64,000 nucleotides of DNA from Candidatus Aminicenantes bacterium (GCA_963702005.1 OY969696.1:2720001-2784000), one strand, 5' to 3'. Counted from the first letter of the stretch, positions 48,817-60,587 are shown. A program made the numbers and translations. The notes: generated by a model not told the origin, from the letters alone.

Positions 48817-49917
48817 TTGCGCCGAACGCGACTGATCGCAACGCTTGTCGCCGCCTTAATCGCCTTCGGTTGCAGGACAGGACCACCGGTTCCTCCAGAG
48901 GCCGAAGAGGCCTCAAAGCTCGAATTGTGCCTCTGGAGGGCCGGTGCTTCTGTTTTTGCCGCCGAAGATTACGACGGCTTTCTCGAGCGCCTCAGAGCCG
49001 CCCGGGCCGGCCTGGAACGGGAATCGTTTAAGCTCGGCTGGTTCCGTGACTATAAAACCGTCCGGGCCGACTTTCGCGCCGTCTTGACCCTGGGCGAAGA
49101 CGTCCTGGCCCGGGTCGAAAAGCAAAAAAAAGAAAAGGCGGATTCGTTCGAGACTCAGGCCGAGGTCCTGGCCCGAAGGATCATCGAGCTCCAAGAAACC
49201 ACCCTCCGCCTCAACGAGAAAGGCGAGGCCCGCCAATGCCTGGCCCTGGCCGAGTTGGCCATAGCCGAGGCCCGAGCCCGCAACGCTAAAGCCGCCTTCG
49301 AGGCGATCCCCGGCAAGCTCGAATCCGCCCGCGATTTAATCGCCCGCTCCGAGGCCGTCTTGGCCGCCTTCCTGGAGAGGTACGTGGACCCCGCTCAGGT
49401 CAAGATGTGGAAAAGCTGGGTGGGCAGGACCGTCGAGGAGTCCCGGCAAAGAGGAACGACGGCCTTCGTCGTGAACAAGATCGAGCGGACGATGACCGTC
49501 TACAAGGCCGGAAAGCCCTTACGGGTCTTCGACGTCGGCCTGGGGATGAACGGATTCTCGGACAAACTCCATTCGGGGGACAATGCGACCCCGGAAGGTA
49601 TCTATAAAATCATCAAGAAGATCCCCAACAGCCAGTATCGTAGGGCCCTTCTCATTAATTACCCGAACGAAGAGGACCGGGCCCGCTTCGAAAAGGCCAA
49701 GAAAGACGGACGCCTCAATCCCGAGACGGGAATCGGAGGCTTGATCGAGATCCACGGCGGCGGCAAGGACACCCTGACCCGGGGCTGCATCGCCCTCGAG
49801 GACGCGGACATGGACGCCCTCTACGCCCTGGCGGTCGCCGGGACGCCGGTCACCATCGTCGGCTCCCTCGAAACCGACCATCCCATTCTCGCCACCGTCA
49901 AGAAGAAACTCCAATGA
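48817..49917 (+). CDS. L,D-transpeptidase family lipoprotein
   Basis: AFGC lipobox; GDNATPEGIY; INYPN; IEIHGG..TRGCIAL; TTG start inferred. Confidence 0.85.
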   Translation: MRRTRLIATLVAALIAFGCRTGPPVPPEAEEASKLELCLWRAGASVFAAEDYDGFLERLRAARAGLERESFKLGWFRDYKTVRADFRAVLTLGEDVLARVEKQKKEKADSFETQAEVLARRIIELQETTLRLNEKGEARQCLALAELAIAEARARNAKAAFEAIPGKLESARDLIARSEAVLAAFLERYVDPAQVKMWKSWVGRTVEESRQRGTTAFVVNKIERTMTVYKAGKPLRVFDVGLGMNGFSDKLHSGDNATPEGIYKIIKKIPNSQYRRALLINYPNEEDRARFEKAKKDGRLNPETGIGGLIEIHGGGKDTLTRGCIALEDADMDALYALAVAGTPVTIVGSLETDHPILATVKKKLQ

Positions 49918-50633
49918 ACGAAGGAATCCCAGTTTCGCCCTTCCCGGAAACCACGGCCTTTCCCGTTCCCCACGGCCCCCGGCCTCCTTCCCGCTGGAAG
50001 AAACCCCTCCTGGGCGCGGTCGCCGGCCTGGCCGCCTTGTTCATTATCGCGGAGATCGCCGGAATCATCCTGATGAGCCGGAAGATCGGGGCCGTCGAGC
50101 CGGCCGCCACGGCCGAATTGACCGAAAAGGACATCGCCCGCCTGCCGGCCAAGAAAAAGGATTTGGAGCGGAAGCTGGCCGGCCTGGCGCCGCGCGGCAG
50201 CTACATCGTCATCGACTCCGGACTCAACATCTTGACCCTGCGCAAGGGCGGCGAAATCCAACAGCAGGCCGTCGTCTCCTGCGGCAGCGGCGACATCCTG
50301 CAAGAGCCGAACGGAAAACGAAGCTGGGTATTCGATACGCCGCGGGGTGAGTTCGCCGTCAAGTCCAAGCTCATCGATCCCGATTGGATCAAGCCCGATT
50401 GGGCTTTCATCGAGGAAGGGGAGACCCCTCCTAAGAAGTTCGAGGACCGCGTCGACACCGGGATGCTCGGCGACTATGCCCTCGGCTTCGGCAACGGTTA
50501 TTTCATCCACGGAACCCTTTATACGCGCCTCCTGGGACGGAACGTAACCCACGGCTGCATTCGGGTCGGGGACAAGGACCTGGAAGCCGTTTTCAAGGTC
50601 GTCCCGATAGGCGCCAAGATTTATATCTTTTAA
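49914..50633 (+). CDS. L,D-transpeptidase (YkuD), membrane-anchored
   Basis: TPRGEF; YFIHGT..LGRNVTHGCIR. Confidence 0.9.
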   Translation: MNEGIPVSPFPETTAFPVPHGPRPPSRWKKPLLGAVAGLAALFIIAEIAGIILMSRKIGAVEPAATAELTEKDIARLPAKKKDLERKLAGLAPRGSYIVIDSGLNILTLRKGGEIQQQAVVSCGSGDILQEPNGKRSWVFDTPRGEFAVKSKLIDPDWIKPDWAFIEEGETPPKKFEDRVDTGMLGDYALGFGNGYFIHGTLYTRLLGRNVTHGCIRVGDKDLEAVFKVVPIGAKIYIF

Positions 50634-50635
50634 CA

Positions 50636-51331
50636 ATGCGCGCGCCCAAGCTCGTCTGGCTGTTAATCGTCGGATCGGTCCTCGTCCCGCTCCCGATCAA
50701 AGCCCAAGACGCGGCCGACCGGGCGCGAGAGGTCCGGCGGCTGGAAACGGAGCTTTCCCTCGCCAAATCCCCGGCGTTTTATCTCGCCTTGGACCTCGAG
50801 GCTCGAAAGATCGAGCTTAAGGCGAGAGGAATGGTCCTGCGCGACTGGGCCCTGGATGAAATCCATCAATCCGGTTCAAGGGCCGCCGAGGGCGTCTACT
50901 CCATCTTGAAGAAAGCGGCGCGCTTCATCCCGACCCGCTTAAAAATCACTCCTGAAAAAGAGGGCGAGGAACAGATCGTCAAACCGGACGAGTCCAAGGC
51001 CAAGGAGAATGGGCAGGTCAAAGCCGAGGCGGGCCAGCCGGCGACGGAAACCTATGACCTCCAGGCCCTCGAAATCCGAGACATGCCCAGCAGCTTCGAC
51101 CTGATTCTCGATTCGGGGCTGACGATTCAATGCCGTCCTCATAAAAAGGGTTTAGCTGCCATCCTGGCAAAGACTGGACGGGCCCTCTACCTTCCCCTCA
51201 AAACCTTGGTTCTGGCCGTCAAGAAAAAGCGCTTAGACATTATCGAACTGAGCACCAAGGATAGCAAAGAAGCGCAAGCTCTCTACTGGACAGTATTCGA
51301 AGGCCAGAAATTATTTATCCTAACTAATTAA
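50636..51331 (+). CDS. Exported protein, possibly a catalytically dead YkuD-like fold
   Basis: Signal peptide; YLALDLEARKIEL..G..LR resembles the first YkuD strands; no HG..GC motif. Confidence 0.55.
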   Translation: MRAPKLVWLLIVGSVLVPLPIKAQDAADRAREVRRLETELSLAKSPAFYLALDLEARKIELKARGMVLRDWALDEIHQSGSRAAEGVYSILKKAARFIPTRLKITPEKEGEEQIVKPDESKAKENGQVKAEAGQPATETYDLQALEIRDMPSSFDLILDSGLTIQCRPHKKGLAAILAKTGRALYLPLKTLVLAVKKKRLDIIELSTKDSKEAQALYWTVFEGQKLFILTN

Positions 51332-51372
51332 TAATAAACACTTAATCATCAATAAAATATTTCTATTTTAAT

Positions 51373-51393
51373 ATTGACAAAACAACACTCAAC
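51373..51393. promoter_or_regulatory. HAIR-like HspR operator overlapping the dnaK -35
   Basis: ATTGACA-N7-ACTCAAC versus consensus CTTGAGT-N7-ACTCAAG; hspR lies in the same operon. Confidence 0.6.
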
Positions 51394-51429
51394 TTATATA
51401 TTAATAATCAACTAAATTAGGAGGAAGAT

Positions 51430-53367
<1,938 letters not shown>

Positions 53368-53434
53368 GCGGGCCCCCGGCGGCGACCGCTCCGGCCGGAT
53401 GGTCCTTCCTGTCCGGACCGGGAGGCCGTGAAGG

Positions 53435-54544
53435 ATGGACAAGGACTATTACAAGACCTTAGGGGTCGAACGGGCGGCCGGAGTCCAGGAGATCAAGAAA
53501 GCCTACCGGAGGCTGGCCCGCAAGTACCATCCCGACCTCAACCCCGGCGACAAGACCGCCGAGGCCCGCTTCAAAGAGATCCAGGAGGCCTACTCGGTCC
53601 TGAGCGATCCCAAGAAAAAAGCCCAGTACGACCAGTTCGGGTTCGTGGGGGATCGTCCTCCCGCCGCAGCTGAACGGCCCGACAGTTCCGGATTCGAGGG
53701 CTTCGACTTCTCCGGCTTCGGGACGACCTCCTTCCGGGACTTCTTCGAGAACCTGTTCGGACGCTCGGCCGGCCAGGCCGCTCCTCAGCGGGAAGGACGA
53801 GGGGAAGACCTCCTTTACACGATGAAGCTCGGGTTCGAGGACGCCGTCCACGGCGTCCAGACCCGGATCAAGCTCAACCGGATGGTCCGCTGCGCGACCT
53901 GCGGAGGCCGGGGCACCGTCCAGCACGCAAGCCGGCGCGCCTGCCCGACCTGCCGGGGGAGCGGCCGGAGCTACTTCCAGCGCGGGGCCATGAAGTTTTC
54001 GGCGAATTGTCCTGACTGCGGCGGGAGCGGCGAGACGGCCGGCGAGGATTGCCGAGACTGCCGGGGCGCCGGACTGGTCGCCAGGTCCGAGCTCATCAAC
54101 GTCCGCATCCCGGCCGGCGTCGATTCGGGATCCAAGGTCCGGATCGCGGGCAAGGGGCACGAGGACCGGCTGGGCGGGCCGGCCGGCGACCTCTACATCC
54201 AGATCGAGGTCAATCCCCATCCTCTGTTCCGGCGCGAGGGACCGAACATCACCGCCAAGATCCCGATCACGGTCCCCGAGGCGACGTTGGGAGGGAAGAT
54301 CGACGTCCCGACCCTTTACGGCCGGACGATGATCCGGATTCCGCCCGGGACGAAATCCGGGCAGCGCTTTCGTCTCAAGGACAAAGGCGCGCCCGTTCCC
54401 GGCCGGAAAGCCGTCGGCGACCAGGTCGTCGAGGTCACGATCGTCCCGCCCCCGTTCGCGGACCAGCGGGTCCGGGAGCTCATGAAGGAGCTCGCGAAGA
54501 TCTCGGGGCCCAATCCGAGGGAATTCCCGGGAGGAGGCGACTGA
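53435..54544 (+). CDS. dnaJ: Chaperone DnaJ
   Basis: J domain with HPD; G/F region; four CxxCxGxG repeats. Confidence 0.95.
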   Translation: MDKDYYKTLGVERAAGVQEIKKAYRRLARKYHPDLNPGDKTAEARFKEIQEAYSVLSDPKKKAQYDQFGFVGDRPPAAAERPDSSGFEGFDFSGFGTTSFRDFFENLFGRSAGQAAPQREGRGEDLLYTMKLGFEDAVHGVQTRIKLNRMVRCATCGGRGTVQHASRRACPTCRGSGRSYFQRGAMKFSANCPDCGGSGETAGEDCRDCRGAGLVARSELINVRIPAGVDSGSKVRIAGKGHEDRLGGPAGDLYIQIEVNPHPLFRREGPNITAKIPITVPEATLGGKIDVPTLYGRTMIRIPPGTKSGQRFRLKDKGAPVPGRKAVGDQVVEVTIVPPPFADQRVRELMKELAKISGPNPREFPGGGD

Positions 54545-54545
54545 G

Positions 54546-54977
54546 ATGAGGAAGCGCAAGTCGACGAGGAGCCGTAGCGAAGAAAACCAGGCTAGCCAAC
54601 CCTATTATCATATCTCGAGCGTCGCTCTTCGCTTTAACATCCATCCTCAAACGCTGCGCCTCTACGAGCGGGAGGGACTCCTCCGTCCCTCGCGGAGCGA
54701 GGGCAACACGCGTCTCTACACGGAGGAGGACCTCAAACAACTCGAGGTCATTCTCAACCTCATCCGCGAGCTCGGCGTCAACCTGGCCGGCGTCGAGGTC
54801 ATCCTCAACATGAGGGAACGGATGAGGCAAATGGAGATTCAGGTCTCGGAGTTTTTAGAGTATATCCAGACTGTATACTTCGCCGGACGGGAGGACGAGT
54901 TCGAGAACCGGCGCAGGAGCCTGGTCAAGGTTTCGGCGACCGGCATCGTCAAGTCCGGGGAGCCCGAGGGTTCCTGA
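54546..54977 (+). CDS. hspR: Heat-shock repressor HspR (MerR family)
   Basis: IHPQTLRLYEREGLLRPSRSEGNTRLY..LGVNLAGV. Confidence 0.88.
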   Translation: MRKRKSTRSRSEENQASQPYYHISSVALRFNIHPQTLRLYEREGLLRPSRSEGNTRLYTEEDLKQLEVILNLIRELGVNLAGVEVILNMRERMRQMEIQVSEFLEYIQTVYFAGREDEFENRRRSLVKVSATGIVKSGEPEGS

Positions 54978-54999
54978 ACGGGGAGGCCGGAGGCGATCC

Positions 55000-55842
55000 G
55001 TGGATTATCAGGACTTTCTCGATTCCCGAAACCTGCAGCTCTACTTGGACCAGATCGCCAAATTTTCCCTCTTCAGCGAGGAACAGGAGAAGGCGCTGGG
55101 GGAGCAGATCCTGAAGGGCGACAAGGACGCCCTCCGGATGCTCGTCGAGTGCAACCTCCGCTTCGTCGTCTCGATCGTCAAGCGGTACCGGGGGATGGGA
55201 ATCAGCTTCCTGGACCTCATCAACGAGGGCAACGTCGGGCTGATCGAGGCCGCCCGGCGCTTCGACCCCAAGCGGGGGGTCCGGTTCATCTCCTATGCCG
55301 TCTGGTGGATCCGCCAGTCCATCATCCACGCCCTGACCCATTCCTCCCGGATCTACAACATCCCCCAGAAGCTCTCGGACCAGATCTCGCTCATGAAGCG
55401 AAAGAAGGAGAAGCTCAAGGCCGAGCTGGGCCGCGAGCCGGAGCGGGAAGAGATCGCTAAAAGCATGGGAATCTCGGCCGAGGAGATCGAGGACCTCGAG
55501 CTCCTGTCCGAGCGGAACATCTCCTTGAGCGATCGCTACGGCGAGGACGACCTCGAGGTCGAGGAAAAGATCAGCGATCAGGAACGGCCCTCCGTCGAGG
55601 ACCAGGTCATCCATTCCTCGATCCAGAGCCAGATCCGGGAACTCCTGGCCGGGCTGGATGATAAAGAGGCACTTGTGCTAAAATTACGGTTCGGCCTGGA
55701 CGATGACAGGCCGCGGACGCTGCAGGAGATCGGCAAGATTCTCAGCGTGACCCGGGAGCGGGTCCGCCAGATCGAGCAGAAGGCCAAGCGGAAGCTGGCC
55801 CAGTCGAACAAACTCCAGCAGCTCAGAGGGTACCTCAATTGA
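55000..55842 (+). CDS. Sigma70-family factor lacking region 1.1 (group 2/3-like)
   Basis: NLRFVVSIVK; DLINEGNVGL; FISYAVWWIRQ; TRERVRQIE; GTG start. Confidence 0.9.
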   Translation: MDYQDFLDSRNLQLYLDQIAKFSLFSEEQEKALGEQILKGDKDALRMLVECNLRFVVSIVKRYRGMGISFLDLINEGNVGLIEAARRFDPKRGVRFISYAVWWIRQSIIHALTHSSRIYNIPQKLSDQISLMKRKKEKLKAELGREPEREEIAKSMGISAEEIEDLELLSERNISLSDRYGEDDLEVEEKISDQERPSVEDQVIHSSIQSQIRELLAGLDDKEALVLKLRFGLDDDRPRTLQEIGKILSVTRERVRQIEQKAKRKLAQSNKLQQLRGYLN

Positions 55843-56591
55843 CGCCCGAAACGATCTGTCCCGTTTGCCAGGGTAACCGCTGGGTCCTGGAGGAGTCCGG
55901 GGGCGCCGTCCGAGCCCGCCGCTGCACCTGCCAGACCGAGCGCCGAGGGCGGGTCCTCATCGAACAAGCCCGGATTCCGCGCCGCTACCAGAATTGTTCC
56001 CTGGCCAATTTCGACGGCCGGAACGATTCCCTCCGCAACGCCAAGAAGATCTCGGAAAAATTCGTCAAGAACTACCCCGTCCAGGAGGTCGGACTCGTCT
56101 TTCTCGGACCCTGCGGGGTGGGGAAGACCCACCTGGGCGTCGCCATCCTCCGCGAGCTCGTTGAGACGAAATCGGTTCCCTGTCTGTTCTATGACTTCCG
56201 TGAGATTATTCGCGACATCCAGAGCACCTTCAGCCCGGACTCGGCCTTGAACGAATCCGACGTCCTGGCCCCGGTCTTCGAAACCAAGGTCCTCGTCCTG
56301 GACGAGCTCGGCGCCAAGCGGACGACGGCCTGGGTCGAGGAGACCGTTTTCTACATCATCAACCAGCGCTACAACGCCAAGAAGTTGACGATCTTCACGT
56401 CGAATTACCCGGACACTGCCGAGGAGGAGGACGACGACCGGCGCGACGCGTTTTATAAAAAAGGGGAAGAGACGCTGATCGACCGGATCGGCGTCCGGCT
56501 CCACTCCAGGATCTACGAGATGTGCAAGATCGTCCGCATCGACGCCGAGGACTACCGCAAGATCGCCAAGCAGGCCAGCTACCGGTTTTAG
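55839..56591 (+). CDS. DnaC/IstB-like AAA+ ATPase with N-terminal Zn motif
   Basis: CPVC..CTC; GPCGVGKTHL; LVLDELG; IFTSN; SRIYEMC. Confidence 0.88.
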   Translation: MTPETICPVCQGNRWVLEESGGAVRARRCTCQTERRGRVLIEQARIPRRYQNCSLANFDGRNDSLRNAKKISEKFVKNYPVQEVGLVFLGPCGVGKTHLGVAILRELVETKSVPCLFYDFREIIRDIQSTFSPDSALNESDVLAPVFETKVLVLDELGAKRTTAWVEETVFYIINQRYNAKKLTIFTSNYPDTAEEEDDDRRDAFYKKGEETLIDRIGVRLHSRIYEMCKIVRIDAEDYRKIAKQASYRF

Positions 56592-56632
56592 CGGGGATGC
56601 GCTCGCTGAGTGAATCCTCTTCCTGAGCCTTA

Positions 56633-56661
56633 TTGCTTTTTTAAAATCTCCATGCTATAGT
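56633..56661 (+). promoter_or_regulatory. Promoter of tRNA-Asn
   Basis: TTGCTT-N17-TATAGT with TG extension. Confidence 0.65.
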
Positions 56662-56674
56662 CTGCAGCGCCTGC

Positions 56675-57011
56675 TCCTCGGTAGCTCAATCGGCAGAGCG
56701 GGTGGCTGTAATCATCTTGCAGCTTCCACGAGAAATCGTGGTTGAAAAATCGGGTGAATTCAGGGAAGCCTTCCCTCCGCCGGGAGCGGAGAAAGGTAAT
56801 CCTGAGCCAAGCCCCGTCCCGAACAAAGTTCGGGACGGGGAAGGTGCAGAGACTAGAGCCTAGGCTCGTACTCCGGGTATGACCTGGGGGAAGCGCCCGA
56901 CACCCTCCCCTCGATAATGCGAGGCGGGTGAAGAGATAGTCCAAGCCCAGAAGAAATTTTGGGGGCCTTGTAACCACTAGGTTGCAGGTTCGAGTCCTGC
57001 CCGAGGAGCCA
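56675..57011 (+). tRNA. tRNA-Asn(GTT), exons 56675-56709 and 56971-57011, intron-split
   Basis: Joined exons give TCCTCGG..GGTGG-CTGTTAA-CCACT..GTTCGAG..CCGAGGA-G-CCA, a full cloverleaf. Confidence 0.93.
56710..56970 (+). ncRNA. Group I self-splicing intron (261 nt, no ORF)
   Basis: Core-like blocks GAATTCAGGGAAGCC, AATCCTGAGCCAAG, GTGCAGAGACT, AAGAGATAGTCC; P1 GCTGT/GCAGC with U.G at the splice site; terminal G. Confidence 0.92.
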
Positions 57012-57029
57012 TTTTTATTCCCGCCTCTA

Positions 57030-58382
57030 TCAGGTCAAAGATGACGGGGCCGTTCCTCCGCCGTCCGGCCTTCTCCCCCGTCGCCCCCGGCGATGCCGTT
57101 TTCGCCTGCTCCGCTCCGATTCCGGGCCGGACGGGACGGATTCCCGCAGAAGAATCTCGAAGCCCTCTCCCGGCCCGGCCGGGCGTCCCGTCCTGATCAG
57201 AAAACAGAGGCGGCCGGCCTGTCCAAAATGACTGCGCTTGGCCAGGGACCAGCGCATCCGGCCTGTCCGCAGGGCGCGGCCCATCGCTCCCAGAATCAAC
57301 AAAATCTGGATGAAGTCGGCTTTGAGTTTCCGGGGCAGGGTCGCTTTCATCCCGGCCCGGTCAAAGGTTTCATAAAGGATGTTGTGGATGTCCCCCGGCT
57401 CGGCTCCGAAGAGCGGCTCGACCCATGGCCAAAAAATGAGCGAGTACATCTCTTCGGCCGCGAGCTTCAGTCCCGCCCGCCGGGACCTATCCTCGACGTC
57501 GAGGAGTCGATCGAGCCGGGCGTACAGAGCGGGGTTGGATTCGTAATCCTCGCCGGCCTTGCCCAGGATGATCCCGAGCAGCCCGCGGGTTCGCAGCGCT
57601 GCGAAGACGGGCCGCGTTTCATAGGCCAGATCTTTGTTGAGCTCCTCATATAAACGCGCTCCCGAGCACGCGGCTAAAAGCTCGCGCTGAGCGGGGATCT
57701 CCCGTTCGGTCGCCTCGTCGACCGTGAACCCGAGACGGCCCGCGTGGCGCAGAACCCGCCAGACCCGGACGGGATCCTCGGCGAAACGCTCGGCCGGATT
57801 CCCAATGACTCGGACGACGCGGCGGGTCAAGTCCTCGACTCCCCCCACGAAATCGATGACGACATCGTCGTCCGGGTCGTAAAACAGGGCGTTGATCGTG
57901 ATGTCGCGCCGGAAGGCGTCCTCGCGGGGCGTCCCGTAGATCAGTTTCGGGTCGATCGGCGCGTCGGGCGAGATCTCCTCGCCCCGGTCGGGGATGCGCC
58001 GGAAAGTCGCCACTTCGATAATCTTCCCCTCCGGGAAACGGACGTGGGCCAGCCGGAAACGGCGGCCGATGATGAAACAGTTGGCAAACCTCTTGCGGAT
58101 CTGTCCCGGCCGGGCGTCGGTGACGATGTCGAAATCCTTGGGGACCCTCCCCAGCATGAGATCCCGGACCGCCCCCCCCGTCAGATAAGCACGAAAGCCG
58201 AAGCGATGGAGGCGCCGGATGATCCCCAGGGCGTCCGGGTCGACCTCCCGGCGCGAGATCGGGTGGTCGGGCTTTTCGATGACCAGGGGCGATTCGGGGC
58301 CGTCCGGAGGGGCGGATTCGGCGTCGCCTGGATCAAGGACAGAAGGGGGGACGTCCCTGGATTGATCATCGCCGTTTGTCAT
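57030..58382 (-). CDS. pcnB: Poly(A) polymerase I family nucleotidyltransferase
   Basis: GGAVRD..KDFD; IIGRRFRLAHV PAP-I signature; RRDITIN; EDPVR. Confidence 0.85.
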   Translation of the reverse strand: MTNGDDQSRDVPPSVLDPGDAESAPPDGPESPLVIEKPDHPISRREVDPDALGIIRRLHRFGFRAYLTGGAVRDLMLGRVPKDFDIVTDARPGQIRKRFANCFIIGRRFRLAHVRFPEGKIIEVATFRRIPDRGEEISPDAPIDPKLIYGTPREDAFRRDITINALFYDPDDDVVIDFVGGVEDLTRRVVRVIGNPAERFAEDPVRVWRVLRHAGRLGFTVDEATEREIPAQRELLAACSGARLYEELNKDLAYETRPVFAALRTRGLLGIILGKAGEDYESNPALYARLDRLLDVEDRSRRAGLKLAAEEMYSLIFWPWVEPLFGAEPGDIHNILYETFDRAGMKATLPRKLKADFIQILLILGAMGRALRTGRMRWSLAKRSHFGQAGRLCFLIRTGRPAGPGEGFEILLRESVPSGPESERSRRKRHRRGRRGRRPDGGGTAPSSLT

Positions 58383-58441
58383 CGGAGAGTGAATTGTAGG
58401 GTCTGACTCTTCATTTTGTCAATGAGGGCCAGGAATTTAAA

Positions 58442-58480
58442 TTTAATTTTTTCTTCATACGGCCTTCATCAATTCTTAAC
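58442..58480 (+). promoter_or_regulatory. Pho-box-like direct repeats
   Basis: TTTAAT, CTTCAT, CTTCAT, CTTAAC at exact 11-bp period (58442, 58453, 58464, 58475). Confidence 0.68.
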
Positions 58481-58527
58481 GGAGATCTCCTATCATGCCC
58501 TTGAAATATTCCATGAAAGGAGATTGC

Positions 58528-59604
58528 ATGAACATTCGGAAATCTATCCGAACCGCCTTAGTCCTGGCCGGATTACTGGCTGGATTAGGCAGCGGGCTTC
58601 ACGCCCAGCAGACTTTCGGGACCACGATCTACTTCGACTGGACCCACTTCCTGTCCGACAACGGCCCCAAGACGACCGCGCCGCCCAACACGCCGAGCTT
58701 CAAGAACGACTTCTTCGCTTTCCGCCGGGCCTATTTCACCTACGAAAACAAGATCAACGACAACCTCAAGTTCCGCTTCCGCTTAGACGCCGACAACACG
58801 GCCAACCTGACCTCGGTCGATTCCGCTTTTAAAACGAAGAAGGACGACAAGCTCCGCCCCTTCATCAAGCACCTCTATTTCGAGTACGCCAACCTGATCC
58901 CCCGGTCCGTGTTGAGGGTCGGCATGACCGAGACCCTGACCTTCAAAGCGGCCGAGGATCGCTGGGGTTACCGGAGCGTCGCCAAAACGCTGGTGGACGG
59001 CTACAAGGACATCACGGGCGTCGAAATCGACGCGAGCTCGGCCGAGATCGGCGCCAGCCTGACCGGCTCCCTGATCAAGTACCTCCGCTACGGCTTCATG
59101 GTCAGCAACGGCGCAGGGTATGGCCACGCCGAAACCGACAAATGGAAAAAGCTGTCGTTCCAGGCCCAGCTCGTTCCCGTGGCCGGCCTCTCGATCTACG
59201 GCTACCTGGACACCGAAAAACAAGATAAGGATAAGGACGCCCTGACCTACAAGCTCGACGGCTACTTCGAGATGGTCAAGAACCTGGTCATCGGCGCCGA
59301 ATACTTCGTCTACCGGAACGACCTCTACCTGGTCGGAACCGACCGCTATGACGTTTCGGGCTATTCCGTGTTCGGGCGCTATGCCATCACGCCCGACAAG
59401 CTGAACCTGTTCGCCCGTTACGACTCCTACGAGCCGAATTCCAAGGTCGACAAGGACCAGACGAGCCTGGTTATCGCCGGCCTGGACTGGGCGCCCTGGC
59501 ATTCGAGCATCAAGTTCCAGCCCAACATCTGGATCCAGAGCTACCAGGACTCGGCGAAGAAGAACGACGTCATCTTCAACATGACCTTCTTCATGTCGTT
59601 CTGA
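58528..59604 (+). CDS. Putative phosphate-selective porin
   Basis: Signal peptide; FRRAYF; FIKHLYFEY; NGAG; LFARYD; C-terminal F; heads the pst operon. Confidence 0.72.
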   Translation: MNIRKSIRTALVLAGLLAGLGSGLHAQQTFGTTIYFDWTHFLSDNGPKTTAPPNTPSFKNDFFAFRRAYFTYENKINDNLKFRFRLDADNTANLTSVDSAFKTKKDDKLRPFIKHLYFEYANLIPRSVLRVGMTETLTFKAAEDRWGYRSVAKTLVDGYKDITGVEIDASSAEIGASLTGSLIKYLRYGFMVSNGAGYGHAETDKWKKLSFQAQLVPVAGLSIYGYLDTEKQDKDKDALTYKLDGYFEMVKNLVIGAEYFVYRNDLYLVGTDRYDVSGYSVFGRYAITPDKLNLFARYDSYEPNSKVDKDQTSLVIAGLDWAPWHSSIKFQPNIWIQSYQDSAKKNDVIFNMTFFMSF

Positions 59605-59647
59605 GTCGGCGGCTTAGAATCAACAAGGCAGACAAGGAGACATCCAA

Positions 59648-60541
59648 ATGAAAAAAGCAATGCTTCTGATCGCCGGCCTGGCCCTTCTCGGCGCGCTCCT
59701 CCTGGGCGCCCCGGCCAAGAAGATGATCCAGGTCAAAGGATCCGACACCATGGTCAACCTGGTCCAGATCCTGGCCGAAGAATTCATGGCCCAGAACCCG
59801 GGGACGGCCATCGCCGTCCTGGGCGGCGGCTCCGGCACCGGGATCACCGGCCTCATCAACCAGACCTGCGACATCGCCACCCACTCCCGCGAGTGGAAGC
59901 CGAAAGAGATCGATCAGGCCTGGGAGAAGGGCGTGAGCCCCCGGTTCTTCGTGATCGCCGTCGACGGCCTGAGCATCATCGTCAACGAAAAGAACTCCCT
60001 GAAATCCCTGAGCATGGCGCAGGTCGGCGCCCTCTACCGGGGCGAGGTCAAGAACTGGAAATCCATCAGCGGGCCGGATAAGGCCGTCTCCCTCTACGGT
60101 CGCCAATCCAACTCCGGAACCTACGTCTTCATGCAGGAGCACGTCCTGGGCAACAAGAATTACTCGACCGATATGAAAGAGATGAACGGCAACGCCCAGA
60201 TCATCGAGAGCGTCCTCCAGGACGAGGGCAGCATCGGCTACGTCGGCGTCGGCTATCTCTACGACAAGGACGGCAAGATCCGCAAGGGCCTCAAGGTCCT
60301 GACCATCTCCAAGGCCGAGGGCGACGAGGCCTTCTCGCCCCTGGACAAGGCCGCCATCGACACCGGCAAGTACCCGATCGCGCGGCCCCTTTTCGAGGCC
60401 ACGAACGGGAAGCCCTCCGGCGACGTCGCCAAGTTCATCGCCTGGGAGACCGGCCCCGAGGGCCAGGCCGTCGTCGAGCGCGAAGGCTTTTACACGATCG
60501 GCGCTCCTCACAAGGACGCCAACGACAAGAACTTCAAATAA
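59648..60541 (+). CDS. pstS: Phosphate ABC transporter substrate-binding protein
   Basis: KGSDTM; GGGSGTG; RQSNSGT; YPIARPL. Confidence 0.92.
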   Translation: MKKAMLLIAGLALLGALLLGAPAKKMIQVKGSDTMVNLVQILAEEFMAQNPGTAIAVLGGGSGTGITGLINQTCDIATHSREWKPKEIDQAWEKGVSPRFFVIAVDGLSIIVNEKNSLKSLSMAQVGALYRGEVKNWKSISGPDKAVSLYGRQSNSGTYVFMQEHVLGNKNYSTDMKEMNGNAQIIESVLQDEGSIGYVGVGYLYDKDGKIRKGLKVLTISKAEGDEAFSPLDKAAIDTGKYPIARPLFEATNGKPSGDVAKFIAWETGPEGQAVVEREGFYTIGAPHKDANDKNFK

Positions 60542-60555
60542 CTCTCCCAAACCCC

Positions 60556-60587
60556 ACGGGCCGGGGGGCGGCCGCCCCCCGGCCCGT
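60556..60587. repeat. Perfect 32-bp GC-rich palindrome between pstS and pstC
   Basis: ACGGGCCGGGGGGCGG-CCGCCCCCCGGCCCGT. Confidence 0.8.

Noticed and set aside
55839-56591. IS21 element suggested by the IstB-like ATPase
   Set aside because: No IstA transposase or terminal inverted repeats; the gene is coupled to the sigma factor gene.
56630-56977. 115-aa minus-strand ORF as a homing endonuclease
   Set aside because: Antisense to the intron, with no LAGLIDADG, HNH or GIY-YIG motif.
56701-56980. Reading the split tRNA as tRNA-Tyr(GTA)
   Set aside because: That junction gives a 6-nt anticodon loop and an intron not ending in G; the short variable arm and G73 fit Asn.
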